Shown here: one piece after another, positions 62,228-64,000 of the stretch
How the letters are laid out: each line of letters begins with the position of its first letter
How positions within the stretch are numbered: position 1 is the first letter of the stretch
DNA from: Octopus vulgaris
Taxonomy: Eukaryota
DNA length: 64,000 nt
Assembly: GCA_951406725.2 (NCBI GenBank)
Contig: OX597827.1
Location: 124,001-188,000 of the forward strand
Direction of reading: 5' to 3'
Made by a program: the position numbers and the translations under genes
Notes under the pieces: model-generated
The model's input: the letters and a program-made list of their open reading frames with translations, nothing else
Databases searched by the model: none
Told to the model about the DNA's origin: nothing

Positions 62228-62992
62228 ATGGCAGCGAAAATCAGGATTGCCAGCGACATCATCAGACCCTTTAATGGTGAAGGCGATGTAGTGGTCTGGA
62301 TTCGTAAAATCAGGGTAGTGGCAAGACTGCAAGGTATAAGCGATGTGGCAAGTCTTATGGCGCTGTATTTGGAAGGGAGCGCGTTGACGCTATATCTTGA
62401 GATGGACGAGGAAGAACGTCTGAGCGAGGAAAAGATAGAGCAACGTCTGAGGGATGCCTACACAGAGTGTGAATACACAGCTTTTGCTAAGCTGGGTACG
62501 ATTAGATGGACGGGAGGACAGGTGGACGAATACGCAGCAGAAGTCAGAAGGTTAGTGACGCTGGCTGGGTTTACAGGAGAAGGGCTGGAGAGAGCAGTGC
62601 GACTGGCGTTTGTAAATGGGTTCCCCGACGATGTAGGGATTCACCTACAACGATTGCCCGGGATTAAAAAGATGGCACTGAGCGAACTTGTGACTCAAGC
62701 CCGCATGTTGACGCGACACTCTGGACAGAAGGCGATAGTGATGGCGGTGGCGGAGGTGAATAAAGACGGACGACGACTGGAGAAAGACGTACAGAAGCCT
62801 ACCATGCAACGACAGCGGCCGTTCTCAGGTCGGTGTTTTAGATGTCAGGGGTCGCACATGGCGCAGGACAGTACGCAACCGTGGTCCGTTTGCCATCGAT
62901 GCAAGCAGACAGGGCATATCGCCCGTGATTGCGACCAGGGAAACGACCGCGGGGAAGTTGCTGCCTCTCGAACTTTCCCCACAAACGAGTAG
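62228..62992 (+). CDS. gag: Gypsy Gag with CCHC zinc knuckle
   Basis: Open 254-aa ORF: PFNGEGDV..W, capsid-like region, CHRCKQTGHIARDC. Confidence 0.88.
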   Translation: MAAKIRIASDIIRPFNGEGDVVVWIRKIRVVARLQGISDVASLMALYLEGSALTLYLEMDEEERLSEEKIEQRLRDAYTECEYTAFAKLGTIRWTGGQVDEYAAEVRRLVTLAGFTGEGLERAVRLAFVNGFPDDVGIHLQRLPGIKKMALSELVTQARMLTRHSGQKAIVMAVAEVNKDGRRLEKDVQKPTMQRQRPFSGRCFRCQGSHMAQDSTQPWSVCHRCKQTGHIARDCDQGNDRGEVAASRTFPTNE

Positions 62993-62996
62993 AGGC
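62938..62996 (+). promoter_or_regulatory. -1 programmed ribosomal frameshift signal (G_GGA_AAC plus H-type pseudoknot)
   Basis: In-frame heptamer at 62938-44, 6-nt spacer, stem 1 GGGGAAGUU/AACUUUCCCC, stem 2 GCCUCU/AGAGGC. pro-pol is in the -1 frame. Confidence 0.8.
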
Positions 62997-64000
62997 GCTA
63001 TTGGAGACGCTGCCATTAATTGACGTGGAGGCCGAGGGGAAGACGTTCAAGGCCCTCGTGGATATGGGCTGTACGACCACCCTTGTGACTTCAAGGGTGA
63101 CGAAGAAATGGAACAGGGCAAGTAGTGTCCGGGCGGTCGACGGCAGCGAAATCCATTGCAGAGGCAGCAGCAAGGTAGAGATAGTGGTGCGTGGCGCGAC
63201 ACTAAGGCTGCAGGTAATTGTGGCTGAACGCGTGATAGATGGGGTTGATGTGGTGATGGGGATGGACGCCATCAACCGCCTCGGTGGCGTCAGTATTGTG
63301 GGAGATGAGGTCATGTTCGGAAGCGTGGGGGCATCGTGCACTGCGAGTCAGGATCGCCAGAGAGAGCAGATCCCCGCGAGGGACTGCGCCGCTTACACCA
63401 TCGAGGACAAAGACTTTCAGGTGGCGTTCGATGGTCAGTGGTGGATGATAGAGTGGCGATGGAAGGACGAGCCCCCGATGCTGAAAAACAGAGTGAGCTG
63501 TTACCAGCATACCCTGAAAGGCCACGCCAGGGTTTAGTTTGAAGACGAGGTGGAGAGGTGGATCGAGGAAGGGGTCCTTGTCCCTTGGGAGGAGGAGGTA
63601 GCGGGCGGTGCTACTCCTGATGGCGGTGGTGCCTCTACGAAGGGAAAAGTCAGACCGGTGCTGGACTTCAGGGAGCTAAACCAGCATATATCGTGTCACA
63701 CGGGAGGTGAGGCGACAGACGTTTGTGGCGAGACGTTACGTGCGTGGAGACGGTCGACCAAGGCAGCGACGATTGTCGACTTGAAATCAGCATACTTGCA
63801 GCTCCATGTGAGCGACAAACTGTGGCGATATCAGCTGGTGCGGTACAAAGGCCGGACGTACTGTTTAACCAGGCTGGGTTTCGGGCTGAATTCCGCTCCG
63901 AAGATCATGGCGGCAGTGCTTAAGTCCGTCCTAGGGAAAGACGGCAAGATTAGAAAGGCCACCAGCTCCTACATTGATGACATTTTGGTGGACGAAACTG
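62944..64000 (+). pseudogene. pol: Gypsy protease plus reverse transcriptase, inactivated; runs off the window end
   Basis: ALVDMGCT (DTG motif altered), stop at 63535-37, a frameshift near 63610-63640, then RPVLDFRELN..VDLKSAYLQ..LGFGLNSAP..YIDDILV. Confidence 0.9.

Noticed and set aside
61934-64000. GC-rich block as bacterial contamination or horizontal gene transfer
   Set aside because: Fully explained by a Gypsy LTR, gag, protease and RT inserted into the Helitron coding sequence.

Overview
AT-rich, microsatellite- and SINE-dense animal genomic DNA. The repeat landscape (tRNA-derived SINE families, (TA)n/(CA)n tracts, Penelope, Helitron, Tc1/mariner) and the large-exon C2H2 genes point to a coleoid cephalopod, probably Octopus; this is inference, not a database result. 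Two convergent C2H2 zinc-finger genes are the only clearly intact host CDSs. ZNF-A is on + (18355-19158, probably with an upstream coding exon at 7455-7513). ZNF-B is on - (58723-56054; three paralogous 4-finger cassettes plus a Q/P/H-rich tail). Everything else I could identify is transposon-derived: REL-type, RTE and Tx1/L1 LINE pieces, two Penelope remnants, Tc1/mariner, piggyBac and MITE elements, several Helitrons, and a Gypsy LTR element inserted into a RepHel Helitron at the right edge. The most notable unexplained structures are: a complete minimal hammerhead ribozyme in an inverted repeat starting about 45 nt after the ZNF-B stop codon, with a variant copy on the mRNA strand; a 112-bp copy of the ZNF-A coding exon embedded in a LINE remnant 2.6 kb upstream; a classic -1 frameshift heptamer plus pseudoknot in the Gypsy element; an ORF1-only Tx1/L1 element; and a 330-bp palindrome with a 5 x 16-bp core. 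All alignments and folds were done by eye.
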